In this document: positions 29,622-38,914 of the stretch, piece by piece | Layout: each line of letters starts with the position of its first letter | How positions within the stretch are numbered: position 1 is the stretch's first letter | The notes under the pieces: generated by a model | The model's database searches: none | What the model was told of the DNA's origin: nothing | Seen by the model: the letters and a program-made list of their open reading frames with translations, nothing else | Source of the DNA: an uncultured Candidatus Bathyarchaeia archaeon | Lineage (GTDB): Archaea; Thermoproteota; Bathyarchaeia; 40CM-2-53-6; DTGE01 | Reading direction: 5' to 3' | Assembly: GCA_964489085.1 (NCBI GenBank) | Contig: CAZAXO010000001.1 | Location: 1,483-65,482, forward strand | DNA: 64,000 nt | Position numbers and translations under genes: made by a program

Positions 29622-29904
29622 TTTTATCTCCTTCCTCTATTTTTTTCCTTATCTCTAGCTTCTTTAGCCTTTTCCAAATCCAATGGGGCAGGTATTAAAA
29701 ATTCCATCGTCCTATGTATCATTCCATCGTCGTCCATATATGAAGTAAACGTTCTGATAGTACCCCCGGATACTCTTCAATTTCGTGTCCTCTTTCTTCA
29801 GCTATCTTCAAAAACATACTTCTAAGCTTATCTGCTTTTTCTTTTACTAATAAATCCAATTCTTCTTCTGACATATTTTCCATATTTTTACCACCTTAAA
29901 TTAA

Positions 29905-30108
29905 TCAACTTCCACTTGGATCGTCAAAGTACTTATGGTCGAAGTCTTTGCACTTTTTCTTTTTGTAATACCACTCGGAGTTAACCTCGATACCACACTT
30001 ATTACACCCACCAACGAACTCGGTTTCATGTCCTTTCCTGCACCCACCTAACATATGTCGATTCTCACAAGCACTACAAGGATATATGTCTATGTACCAT
30101 CTAACCAT
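29905..30108 (-). CDS. small Cys-rich zinc-binding protein
   Basis: 67 aa with CSACENRH...GGCRKGH...GGCNKCG. Confidence 0.3.
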   Translation of the reverse strand: MVRWYIDIYPCSACENRHMLGGCRKGHETEFVGGCNKCGIEVNSEWYYKKKKCKDFDHKYFDDPSGS

Positions 30109-30580
30109 TTTTTAAATACTCCAATCCGAAAGTGAACCCTGAATTATTTCACTTAATTTGTTAATACCAACACTACCTTCCAATTTTAAGAAAGTAAACG
30201 TCAAAACCTCCCAAATAAGTTTGTTATCACCAGCCCTCTGTAACAACTCAGAAGCTAACTTACCACATTCACTATTTTGAATACCGGATAATTGTTCATC
30301 CCCTATAATTTCCTATCTCCTTTTATCTACATAACTAATATACGACCCATAATCTACTCCTATAGATAAAAACATAGTAATCCAACTAATAATGGCAACA
30401 ACAAAGACAGTAATTTAAACCGTAGAGTCATAGAAAACACTAACTGGAATAAGTACAAAAGTAAATGTAATAGTAATTATAAAAAACAATCCTCCAATAA
30501 GATCTAACCTATTTTCTAATTTTTTGTACTTATCTAATTCAATATTATCACTCATGTTCTATTCCCTCCCACTTCTTTTA

Positions 30581-30964
30581 TTACCAATTATCTTTAATTA
30601 ATTCTTCTACTTTATCTTTAACTTCTATAATTCTATGTAATATCTTTTTGCAGTATTTTATTTTCTGTTTATATATCTCTATCCCCTTTTTTCGTTGTTC
30701 GATCTCTTCTTCAATATATTTTCTACCACAAGATAAACAATAAATATATGTTTCCGTTGAATAACGCTTAATAGGATCACCCAAATGTTCCTCTACCAAT
30801 ATTACAATGACACCCAATTTTTCATGACATCCCCAGCATGTACTCATTAACATAACATCACTGAAACTAAATGGGTCTAGTCGATATTTCAAGTTTTTAC
30901 CTCTTGCTTTATTAACAATCCTGCAGGTACAATCTCCCTTGTTATAATCTATTTCTACACTCAT
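30581..30964 (-). CDS. Cys/His-rich zinc-binding protein
   Basis: 127 aa with CTC...CWGCHEK...CLSCG. Confidence 0.3.
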   Translation of the reverse strand: MSVEIDYNKGDCTCRIVNKARGKNLKYRLDPFSFSDVMLMSTCWGCHEKLGVIVILVEEHLGDPIKRYSTETYIYCLSCGRKYIEEEIEQRKKGIEIYKQKIKYCKKILHRIIEVKDKVEELIKDNW

Positions 30965-31103
30965 TTAAAAAAATTCACATCCTCAGTATCATTATACTTA
31001 TCAATATCAGGATAATCCTCAAATTTAATTTCTTCATAGATATCCTCAGCTAATCCTTCAATTGATTTCAAAACACCAACAACTTTTTTTAAATATTCCA
31101 TAC

Positions 31104-31403
31104 TCATTCCTTCCCACCTCCTCTCAAAATAGCTTTTTTCAACTCTATCTTATTTTTTATTAAATTTTGTTTGTTAATATTACTTTCTCTAATAGCACCC
31201 AGAGTATCCAGCTTCTCTTTCAACATAAAGTATTGTCGCTTTCTATCAAAATTCAAACTCTTATTCAGAAAGTTTATCAAAGCAGTTTCAAATCGTTCCA
31301 TCTCCATCATTTGCTCTGCTGTAACTTCTAACACCTTTTTCCCTAAGTAGTATTTTATGAAAGCACCAATTCCAGTAAAGATTTTATTAGACTCCATTTC
31401 CAT
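31104..31403 (-). CDS. hypothetical protein
   Basis: 99-aa ORF. Confidence 0.3.
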   Translation of the reverse strand: MEMESNKIFTGIGAFIKYYLGKKVLEVTAEQMMEMERFETALINFLNKSLNFDRKRQYFMLKEKLDTLGAIRESNINKQNLIKNKIELKKAILRGGGKE

Positions 31404-31420
31404 CCACCAAATCCAGTTAA

Positions 31421-31624
31421 TTAACCACCATTCAACCTACTACTCAAAGTTTTAAGGGTACAAATAAAATTATCTAAATACTTCAACATAGTAACTTGAT
31501 TCTCATCAACAGTATTGACAGGCAATATTCCTATTAACTCCCAAATTGACGTCAAGTTAGGAATAATTTCATCCAATTTCTCTTTAATGTTCTTCTTTAT
31601 TACTTCTTCAAAACTATTACCCAA
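31421..31624 (-). CDS. hypothetical small protein
   Basis: 67-aa ORF. Confidence 0.25.
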   Translation of the reverse strand: MGNSFEEVIKKNIKEKLDEIIPNLTSIWELIGILPVNTVDENQVTMLKYLDNFICTLKTLSSRLNGG

Positions 31625-31648
31625 AATTCACCTACCTCCTAATATTTT

Positions 31649-32599
31649 TTAAAATTCAAATAGTGTCGTCTGTTTTTCGTTAACAGATAATTTCCTAAGT
31701 TTACCGATTCCATTCTCCACCCTAACCCTAGAAAATCCATTTTTCTCATATAAAAACTCAAATAATTTTTCAAAGTCTGGTTTCTTCCTTGTTAGTTTAT
31801 AATTAGTATTTACATTAGGATTTAAATACATTCCCATAAGCCTATGATATAAATCGAAAAATTCTCCGTTTTTAAGCATCTTACCAGTTTTACATTCTAT
31901 CATAGCCTTATCAATAAAAGGAGCCTTAAATATATCATCATACTCCGTCACTGCCTTTACCGCCGTGTTAACACCAACCCCCTTTATACCAGAAAAATAA
32001 TCATTACCAGATAATATGGCAATAGATATAAGATCTTCACGTTTCAATCTTTTGTCATTCAAAACCTTAGCCAAAGAAATGAATTCTATTTTGTCTGCTT
32101 TCATAGCCAAATTTCTAACCAAACGTTTACCACCAAATAAGAGTATATCGAAGTCCTGACTACAAGCACAAAAGGCTTGATCTTTCATTGTTAGATAAGC
32201 ACATTGGGCATCACCTTCACTCGGAGATTGAATAGATTGTATACCCATTAAATCTAACAACTCTTTACCAGATTCTATTACCTTATCGGTAATATGTATC
32301 AAATCCTTATTTTTCTGTCTATACCACCTAAGTTTAGTTATCTTTTCATTACCGTCAAAACAGTAAATAGGTCTAATATCGTGTTCCAATAATTTTAAAT
32401 TTCTATAAAACAACCCAGATAAATGTGACGTAATATCACCACCGTAATTCATAAGGGGTTTTCCGTCAGAACCCCTTATGGCATGTAGGAATTGATAAAT
32501 AACGTTAAAAGCATCTACACTAACAGTCCTATTTATCAAACTACCCATTGTCAAGTCTCGTTTAGTAGACTCAGTCAAAACACCTATACCACTACCCAT
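31649..32599 (-). CDS. fen: flap endonuclease FEN-1 (XPG family)
   Basis: XPG-N GDITSHLSGLFYRNLKLLEHDIRPIYCFDG and XPG-I SPSEGDAQCAYL...SQDFDILLFGG, with an HhH-like region. Confidence 0.8.
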   Translation of the reverse strand: MGSGIGVLTESTKRDLTMGSLINRTVSVDAFNVIYQFLHAIRGSDGKPLMNYGGDITSHLSGLFYRNLKLLEHDIRPIYCFDGNEKITKLRWYRQKNKDLIHITDKVIESGKELLDLMGIQSIQSPSEGDAQCAYLTMKDQAFCACSQDFDILLFGGKRLVRNLAMKADKIEFISLAKVLNDKRLKREDLISIAILSGNDYFSGIKGVGVNTAVKAVTEYDDIFKAPFIDKAMIECKTGKMLKNGEFFDLYHRLMGMYLNPNVNTNYKLTRKKPDFEKLFEFLYEKNGFSRVRVENGIGKLRKLSVNEKQTTLFEF

Positions 32600-32620
32600 T
32601 CGTCATTCCCTTCCCAATTA

Positions 32621-33043
32621 TCATTCTCCATTATCATAAAGATCCGATAAGATCCTTTTTTTATCATCCTCAGTTATCGGTCTAGGTTGAGTCAGTTCCT
32701 TCAGTTTAACTACCTCCTCTCTCAACAAATTAATATCCTCTGGTGTTGCCTCCTCTACTACCATATCGTTAATCTGATACTTCAGATCCAATAACCCAAC
32801 CAATAGTTCCACCATATGCTCCTGATGATGCAAAATATCTAACGCAATCTTATTTTCATATTTACTAGCGAAATAAACAGCCAAAGAATCCAAAAATCTA
32901 TAATTCTCTCTAAGAACCAACTCTAATTTTTCCACTCTACTCAATCTATCCCACTGCTCCGTAACAACATTATCTATTAGAGTATCAAACTTTATTTGAC
33001 TAATAATTTTCCTCGTATTTTCAACTTCGTTTTTATCTTCCAC
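32621..33043 (-). CDS. hypothetical acidic protein
   Basis: 140-aa ORF. Confidence 0.3.
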   Translation of the reverse strand: MEDKNEVENTRKIISQIKFDTLIDNVVTEQWDRLSRVEKLELVLRENYRFLDSLAVYFASKYENKIALDILHHQEHMVELLVGLLDLKYQINDMVVEEATPEDINLLREEVVKLKELTQPRPITEDDKKRILSDLYDNGE

Positions 33044-33459
33044 TAATAATCATCCCCTATATTTTCTACCCTATAAAACTCAGAGTTCTTATGTTTATAC
33101 AAAATTATTTTATCGTTAACTTTGATATCATTCTTTATTACCACACTCCTTTCCAAATAAATATTAATATTTTTTAACGTAACTTCGTCAAATATTGTTA
33201 TATTGTAATAGAAATGAGTAATGTTTTTAATGTTAAAAAACAAGGGATTCGAATCTACATCTTGGGTTGTAAAGTTAAATTCTTTCATCTCTATTACAAC
33301 ACCTGAACTAACGATGTAATAATCGTCTTTGAATGGTTCCGATGTCTGTTGATTATTGATTCCAATTTGATATAATATAGTAATACCTATAAGACCAGTC
33401 ACTACAAACATCAATATAATAATATAGAGTTTCCGTTGATCATTCATTTTAACACTCAT
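33043..33459 (-). CDS. membrane-anchored protein
   Basis: 138 aa with an N-terminal TM (LYIIILMFVVTGLIGITILY). Confidence 0.35.
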   Translation of the reverse strand: MSVKMNDQRKLYIIILMFVVTGLIGITILYQIGINNQQTSEPFKDDYYIVSSGVVIEMKEFNFTTQDVDSNPLFFNIKNITHFYYNITIFDEVTLKNINIYLERSVVIKNDIKVNDKIILYKHKNSEFYRVENIGDDY

Positions 33460-33574
33460 AAGTAGTTAAATTATCATGTTAAAGTATTATTTATTAATTA
33501 TAATAAAATTTGGATAATTTATAAATTTTTAAAACAAACAAAAAAAAATAATTTTTTATAATAAGAAAAAAAAA

Positions 33575-33796
33575 TTAGGGTTTCCACCCTTCTTTTAAAT
33601 TATTAGGATTTTTAGCTCTATCCATCAAATGATATAAATACTTTTCTGCAGCTTCGACCTTTTCCCTAGCAGTATATACGAGGTTTTTATCCTTCTTATA
33701 TTTAAATATATCCGCCAAATCTTCAATAGACATCAAAATACTTTGAAATTTACTATTAATATATGAAGAAATTCTCCACTCTGCCGATTTAGTCAT
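33575..33796 (-). CDS. small protein, paralog of 58047..58271
   Basis: Shares FKYK(K/R)DKN(L/I)V and a C-terminal (D/E)GxW(K/E)P with 58047..58271. Confidence 0.35.
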   Translation of the reverse strand: MTKSAEWRISSYINSKFQSILMSIEDLADIFKYKKDKNLVYTAREKVEAAEKYLYHLMDRAKNPNNLKEGWKP

Positions 33797-33829
33797 ACTT
33801 CACTTTACATCCTTTATTATTTTATTGTG

Positions 33830-34141
33830 TTAAAACATCCAATCCCCAGTAAATTCGTATTCATCTAAATCATTTAAGAAATTCTTCTCAGGTATTTTAT
33901 CGATGTTTTTAGCAAATGTTTCACCAGAAAAAACTAATTTCCACTTTGGATATTTCCTAGGGTTTTTCCTAAGTGAACTTAACAACTTCTCTTTATTCCT
34001 AATCGTATTAATATATCCTTTAGAAAAAGGAATATTATCTTCGTCACCGTAGCGCTTTACCAATTCATCCCATATCTCCTGTTCAATCTTAGTTAACTTT
34101 TCATCATACCAACCAAATGTTCCCCTTCCCATATTTACCAC
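33830..34141 (-). CDS. small protein of the C-terminal (F/Y)TGDW family
   Basis: Ends in YEFTGDWMF. Paralogs at 58817..59122 and 59859..60140. Confidence 0.35.
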   Translation of the reverse strand: MVNMGRGTFGWYDEKLTKIEQEIWDELVKRYGDEDNIPFSKGYINTIRNKEKLLSSLRKNPRKYPKWKLVFSGETFAKNIDKIPEKNFLNDLDEYEFTGDWMF

Positions 34142-34459
34142 CTACCAGAATCCACTAAGGGATAGTTCCTTCAAACAGTTTTTGATTGTTCTACCAGTTA
34201 TTTTTTCTTTTTCATTAGTTGATCGAACCCAAACACTTCCATTGAAATAAAATCTAAGTTCTGGCTGTTCATTAGGATGCTCATCAATCCATTTAATTAT
34301 ACGATCTATATCGGCGTTATACAAATCACTCTCAGTAAACGGTGGCTTCCCCTTATATCTTTTTTTAAGTAAACCAAAAGCATAACTTATTTTTGCCGTG
34401 TATTTCATATTTTCAGAAATTTTTCTTGCTGCCATAATCATCAACCGTTTTATATCCAA
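34142..34459 (-). CDS. hypothetical protein
   Basis: 105-aa ORF. Confidence 0.3.
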   Translation of the reverse strand: MDIKRLMIMAARKISENMKYTAKISYAFGLLKKRYKGKPPFTESDLYNADIDRIIKWIDEHPNEQPELRFYFNGSVWVRSTNEKEKITGRTIKNCLKELSLSGFW

Positions 34460-34490
34460 TTAAATAAAAACATTGTTAATATATAAATTT

Positions 34491-35834
34491 TTACTTTAAA
34501 TCCCAGAAAGCTATAAAATTACAAAACATATAATAAGAAATTAAAGAATAAGCCTCGTATCCATACTGGGTAATATAAATACTATTTTCATTCGATAAAT
34601 AATCATATAACATATTCAACTCATCTGGTGTATAATTTAACACAAAACCATCGTAATCATAAATAAAAATTTTATCCTTCCTAAGACTTCTACAAATATC
34701 TATATCCTTCAAATATAATTTTTCATTTACATATTTAGTATTAACAAACTCACTACCAAAAACTCCAATAAAGACACAGTCTGAAGCTTTGACTCTAGAA
34801 TAGAACCAATAATCTGAATAAGTAACCCTGTCAATACCATTTCTTTCACATCCAAATAAATCATTCATAAATTTTTCGGTTTCTATCTCGTAAGCGGTAC
34901 GATAAGTCATAGTTATAGTTCTATCCCGTTCGAACTTCAAAGAATATATATTACGAGTATACAACATAATATCATCGTTAGTACATTCGTGCATCCTAAC
35001 CATATATAAATCCAAATTATCCTCGTGGATCATATCAGAAAATTCGATCAGACACCGCTCAGCAATAGATATTTCATCAACAGTAGGATAATTAACAACT
35101 AAATAATTAACGTAATTTGGGTTACTGTGTAACTCATTTATATATCTAACGGGAGTTTCAGCATCGACTACAATACCCATCATATTTTTATGAAATAATT
35201 TAGTACCAAGCCACTGCCTTAAATCCTCGTATACATCAGGCGCAGAATAAGCGTTATCAATTGTAAGATAAAAGTGATCACTAAATCCAATAGCCAAATA
35301 AACCTTTTGTTTACCAAGAGCTTCAGAAATTTTATCCTCTATACTATTACTAAAAAAACTACTATAAGAAACAGCAATACATACCGAAAATCTTCCATCT
35401 ATATCATCTACGTCATTAGGATTACACCAAAACACAATTTCAGGGTCGGTCCTAGGGTGAATATTAACATATCTACTAGATGACACTACTGGAACCATCA
35501 AAAAAATCAGCACAACAAACATACATAATCCAACAACAAAAGACCTGATACTATAAGATAAAAAGCAATACGATACAATCAAATAAAAAATAAATAAAAA
35601 TATACCAACGTATATAGCTTCAATTAATTGAGTTACAACATATATATATATGGAAGATATAAATAATTGTATAAAAAACACAGAATATACTACAAAAACC
35701 AAAAATATTAGTATTTGTTTCAGTCTACTTTTTTTCTTCCTTTTAGGTTTAATTGTTGGTTGTTGTGTAAATCTTAATTCCCTAGGATGAGTTATCATCT
35801 TATTAAAATCTATGGGATATTTGTCAGGTCTCAC
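34491..35834 (-). CDS. polytopic membrane protein with large C-terminal domain
   Basis: 447 aa with 3-4 N-terminal TM helices. Confidence 0.4.
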   Translation of the reverse strand: MRPDKYPIDFNKMITHPRELRFTQQPTIKPKRKKKSRLKQILIFLVFVVYSVFFIQLFISSIYIYVVTQLIEAIYVGIFLFIFYLIVSYCFLSYSIRSFVVGLCMFVVLIFLMVPVVSSSRYVNIHPRTDPEIVFWCNPNDVDDIDGRFSVCIAVSYSSFFSNSIEDKISEALGKQKVYLAIGFSDHFYLTIDNAYSAPDVYEDLRQWLGTKLFHKNMMGIVVDAETPVRYINELHSNPNYVNYLVVNYPTVDEISIAERCLIEFSDMIHEDNLDLYMVRMHECTNDDIMLYTRNIYSLKFERDRTITMTYRTAYEIETEKFMNDLFGCERNGIDRVTYSDYWFYSRVKASDCVFIGVFGSEFVNTKYVNEKLYLKDIDICRSLRKDKIFIYDYDGFVLNYTPDELNMLYDYLSNENSIYITQYGYEAYSLISYYMFCNFIAFWDLK

Positions 35835-36436
35835 AGACTGTCAACCTTCCATTTTTTTCTCAGTTTTTTAAATTGTTTTTTCCTCATAGCTATAAATTTA
35901 GTATTAGTTTCCTGTTGTTCTTCCACTTCTACACCAAATTTCTTAACTATTTTTCCAACCAACTTTCTAACTCTCTTATATCTAGGTCTAACAAGAATTG
36001 TTATAACTACGAATACCATAAATGATAACATAAAAACCAATAATAAAATAGACGAAAAAACACTACTATTTTGACCAATAGTATTATTATAATCCACATC
36101 TTCTATGTTTATACCAAATATCGGACTGAAACCGTAAACCGTATCGTCAATACTACTAATAACTCTTATTCTAAAAGTATTACTCCTAAAATTACCATTT
36201 CCTACGTTCCACCTGTACCTACCATCGTTAGATGTCTCGGTTATATGTTGAACGTAAATATTGTTATCCCATAACTCTAACCTAACACGATCCACATCTG
36301 GTATCTCTACCCATTCGATAGTTACAAATTCGTTATCGGTAAAAGTAGAACCCTCTTTAGGAGAAGTAACTACGACTTGCTGTGTCTGTATACCAGCCGT
36401 TAGTAAGATACTTATTAAAATTAATACCCTTATCAT
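35831..36436 (-). CDS. type-I membrane (envelope/virion-like) protein
   Basis: Signal peptide, ectodomain, a C-terminal TM and a basic tail (KKQFKKLRKKWK). Confidence 0.4.
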   Translation of the reverse strand: MIRVLILISILLTAGIQTQQVVVTSPKEGSTFTDNEFVTIEWVEIPDVDRVRLELWDNNIYVQHITETSNDGRYRWNVGNGNFRSNTFRIRVISSIDDTVYGFSPIFGINIEDVDYNNTIGQNSSVFSSILLLVFMLSFMVFVVITILVRPRYKRVRKLVGKIVKKFGVEVEEQQETNTKFIAMRKKQFKKLRKKWKVDSL

Positions 36437-36446
36437 TATTATAATA

Positions 36447-37181
36447 TTATTTTTTCGAATTTAAAAAACTAATTAAATTCGAGTCGTAATTACCATTTTT
36501 GTGTTCTTCAATTATTATATTAACGATATATTTGTATTCCTCAACGATTTCTTCAGAAAATCCATATCCCTTAAGATCTTCCATATATTCTTCCATTTTA
36601 AATATCATCCTATTAATACAATGTCCTCTATTATATTCGTATTCTTTATAATCACCGTTACAATCACAACAAAACCATTGAACCACACCAGATACCCATT
36701 GATTAATCACATCCTCAGCATATCCCTTCAAAACCTTCTCATCGTTAGTCCATGGATGAGAACCAATACAGTGTCTATAAACAGACGTAATATAAAGCTC
36801 CTTACCACATTCAGGATTTTGACAATAATGTTTTATATCCCTTATAATTGTATTTACACCAATGACTTCTTCCAATATGGTAGCAGATCTATTACTAGAT
36901 TCCATCCTTTCAGAAGCTACACGATTACGATCTTCCTCAGCCTGTCTTTTATAATTTTTAATACGAAAATACCTATATAAACCATACCCAATTGCAACCA
37001 TTATAATCAAAGCACACCATATTTGAAAAACAAAGATTATCACGTCTACATAAACAACTCCGGCAACTCCAAATATAAATGGATATTGAAGGAATAACAA
37101 CAACATAAAAAAAACTGCTATCATAAAAACAAAATTTGCATAAAACAAATTATCCAATCCTTTTATTTTACTTTCTCTCAT
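36447..37181 (-). CDS. membrane protein with Cys-rich cytoplasmic domain
   Basis: Two or three N-terminal TM helices, then CQNPECGK...CCDCNG...RGHC. Confidence 0.4.
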   Translation of the reverse strand: MRESKIKGLDNLFYANFVFMIAVFFMLLLFLQYPFIFGVAGVVYVDVIIFVFQIWCALIIMVAIGYGLYRYFRIKNYKRQAEEDRNRVASERMESSNRSATILEEVIGVNTIIRDIKHYCQNPECGKELYITSVYRHCIGSHPWTNDEKVLKGYAEDVINQWVSGVVQWFCCDCNGDYKEYEYNRGHCINRMIFKMEEYMEDLKGYGFSEEIVEEYKYIVNIIIEEHKNGNYDSNLISFLNSKK

Positions 37182-37805
37182 TTTTATCCAAAACCTTCAT
37201 GTAAATATAATTTTATTATATTATAATATAATTTTCAAAATTTATAAATCTTTTTTGATGTAGTAAAAAAAGATTTTTTTTAAATGTTTAAAAACAACCG
37301 ATTTTCAAGTTATGTTTATCTTTATAATTAACTAATATCTGACTCTTTTATTCATTATATTTCATATAAAATTCTAAATAAATATATTGATATTCCTTTT
37401 TAATGATTATATTAATTTATTTCAAATAGTATTGTACCTAAGAAAATATGTTTAAGTTTTTTTATTTTAATATTGGTATTGTTTTTTGATTACATTTTTA
37501 TCATAATATATAGTCTGTTAATGTGTATATATAAAAAACTTTTGGAGATATAAAAACATTTATAAACAATTGATATCTTAGCGTTTTTCGAATTTTGGAA
37601 ATAAATCTATTATATTACTATATTTAATATTTATATTTCTAAAATTAATTAATTAAATATAAGGGGTTTTTTTCTTTGAGTAAGTATTTATGATAAGTAT
37701 TTAATATATACACATATTTGATGTTGTATATTTTGGAGAATCTACTTGGAAATAGACATATAAAATCATTTGAATTAAAATTAAAAATTATTATGTATTT
37801 TTAAG

Positions 37806-38912
37806 TTAGAATAAGTAGTCGAATTTTTTAAGTATGTTTAGTTTTCTTGGGTCTATTTGTTTATAGTAATTTTTAAAATCATCACTTTGTAAACATAATA
37901 GTATATAAGGGCAAAAATCAAAACATTTGTTTGACGGTTTTCTTTTGAATTTACATAGATTAATGTCGTTGATGAGTTCTTTTTTTAGATTATCATACTC
38001 TCTTAACATATCGATATTAAATGGTATATATTTAAATGTATTTTTCCAGTCTTGTATGTATAAAACGAAACCAGATGTTGGAGTTAGTCCTTTTAGATCT
38101 TCCAATATGTTTATACCATCTTTAGTTACAACCTTATATATATTCTTATTTGAGGATAGTAATCTGAAATAAGAGCCAAGTTCGAAGTTTATTGTTTTTT
38201 TATCGTAGTTGGTATAGATTTTAGGTAAGCTTTTTATATATTCGTCAGTTACTTTTGGATTGTCTCTTAAATTATAATATTTTGGTTTTCCGGTTTTGTA
38301 ATCTCCTATTGCTATAGTGTCGGTTGTTTTTCTATGTATCACATCTATAACTCCGACATCACAATTATTGTGATTTTCTATTCTTAGCTCTCTATATATT
38401 GGTTTTATGTATTTCCAAGAACGATTATTTCCAATATCTTCTCGGATTTTAAAGATTCTATACGTTTCGTAGTTAGCATATTTTAGAAACAGATACTTAT
38501 ATGTTAATATTTTTTTTTCGTTCTCAGGTACAAAGCTTCTACATTTTAGATATATATAGTTTCTAACTTTTAACTTATTTGTGTATGTTGTTAATAATTT
38601 TCTACTTAACTTATTCCATACTTTATTAAATACGAAATGAGCGTTCGAACCGAAGATACCGGAGTTCGAGTTTCTACCATCGTTAATAAAGACATTTTTT
38701 ACTCTAGCGTAATCGAATTGTTTTGGACAAATTGGATATTTACCTACCCAAGACTTACTTAAATATTTTAGTTTATTAATCATATAATCTATTGTATTTA
38801 GATTAAACGGTATATAAACTAATTTGTCTCTTAGTAAATTATTATATAATTGTAGGTATTCATCTCTGGTTAGATTATATTGTTTTTGTATTAAATTATA
38901 ATTAGAGGTCAT
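37806..38912 (-). CDS. Cas4/RecB-family PD-(D/E)xK nuclease-like protein
   Basis: VIDVIHRK...IAIGDYKTGK (the D...DYK motif), a QxxxY-like segment, and a C-terminal Cys cluster CKFKRKPSNKCFDFCPYILLC typical of Fe-S Cas4-type nucleases. Confidence 0.4.
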   Translation of the reverse strand: MTSNYNLIQKQYNLTRDEYLQLYNNLLRDKLVYIPFNLNTIDYMINKLKYLSKSWVGKYPICPKQFDYARVKNVFINDGRNSNSGIFGSNAHFVFNKVWNKLSRKLLTTYTNKLKVRNYIYLKCRSFVPENEKKILTYKYLFLKYANYETYRIFKIREDIGNNRSWKYIKPIYRELRIENHNNCDVGVIDVIHRKTTDTIAIGDYKTGKPKYYNLRDNPKVTDEYIKSLPKIYTNYDKKTINFELGSYFRLLSSNKNIYKVVTKDGINILEDLKGLTPTSGFVLYIQDWKNTFKYIPFNIDMLREYDNLKKELINDINLCKFKRKPSNKCFDFCPYILLCLQSDDFKNYYKQIDPRKLNILKKFDYLF

Positions 38913-38914
38913 TA

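Noticed and set aside
29760-29775. G5 homopolymer (tacccccgga) in an ORF-poor stretch, possible frameshifted pseudogene
   Set aside because: Neither frame gives a convincing extended protein, and there is not enough evidence for a disrupted gene.
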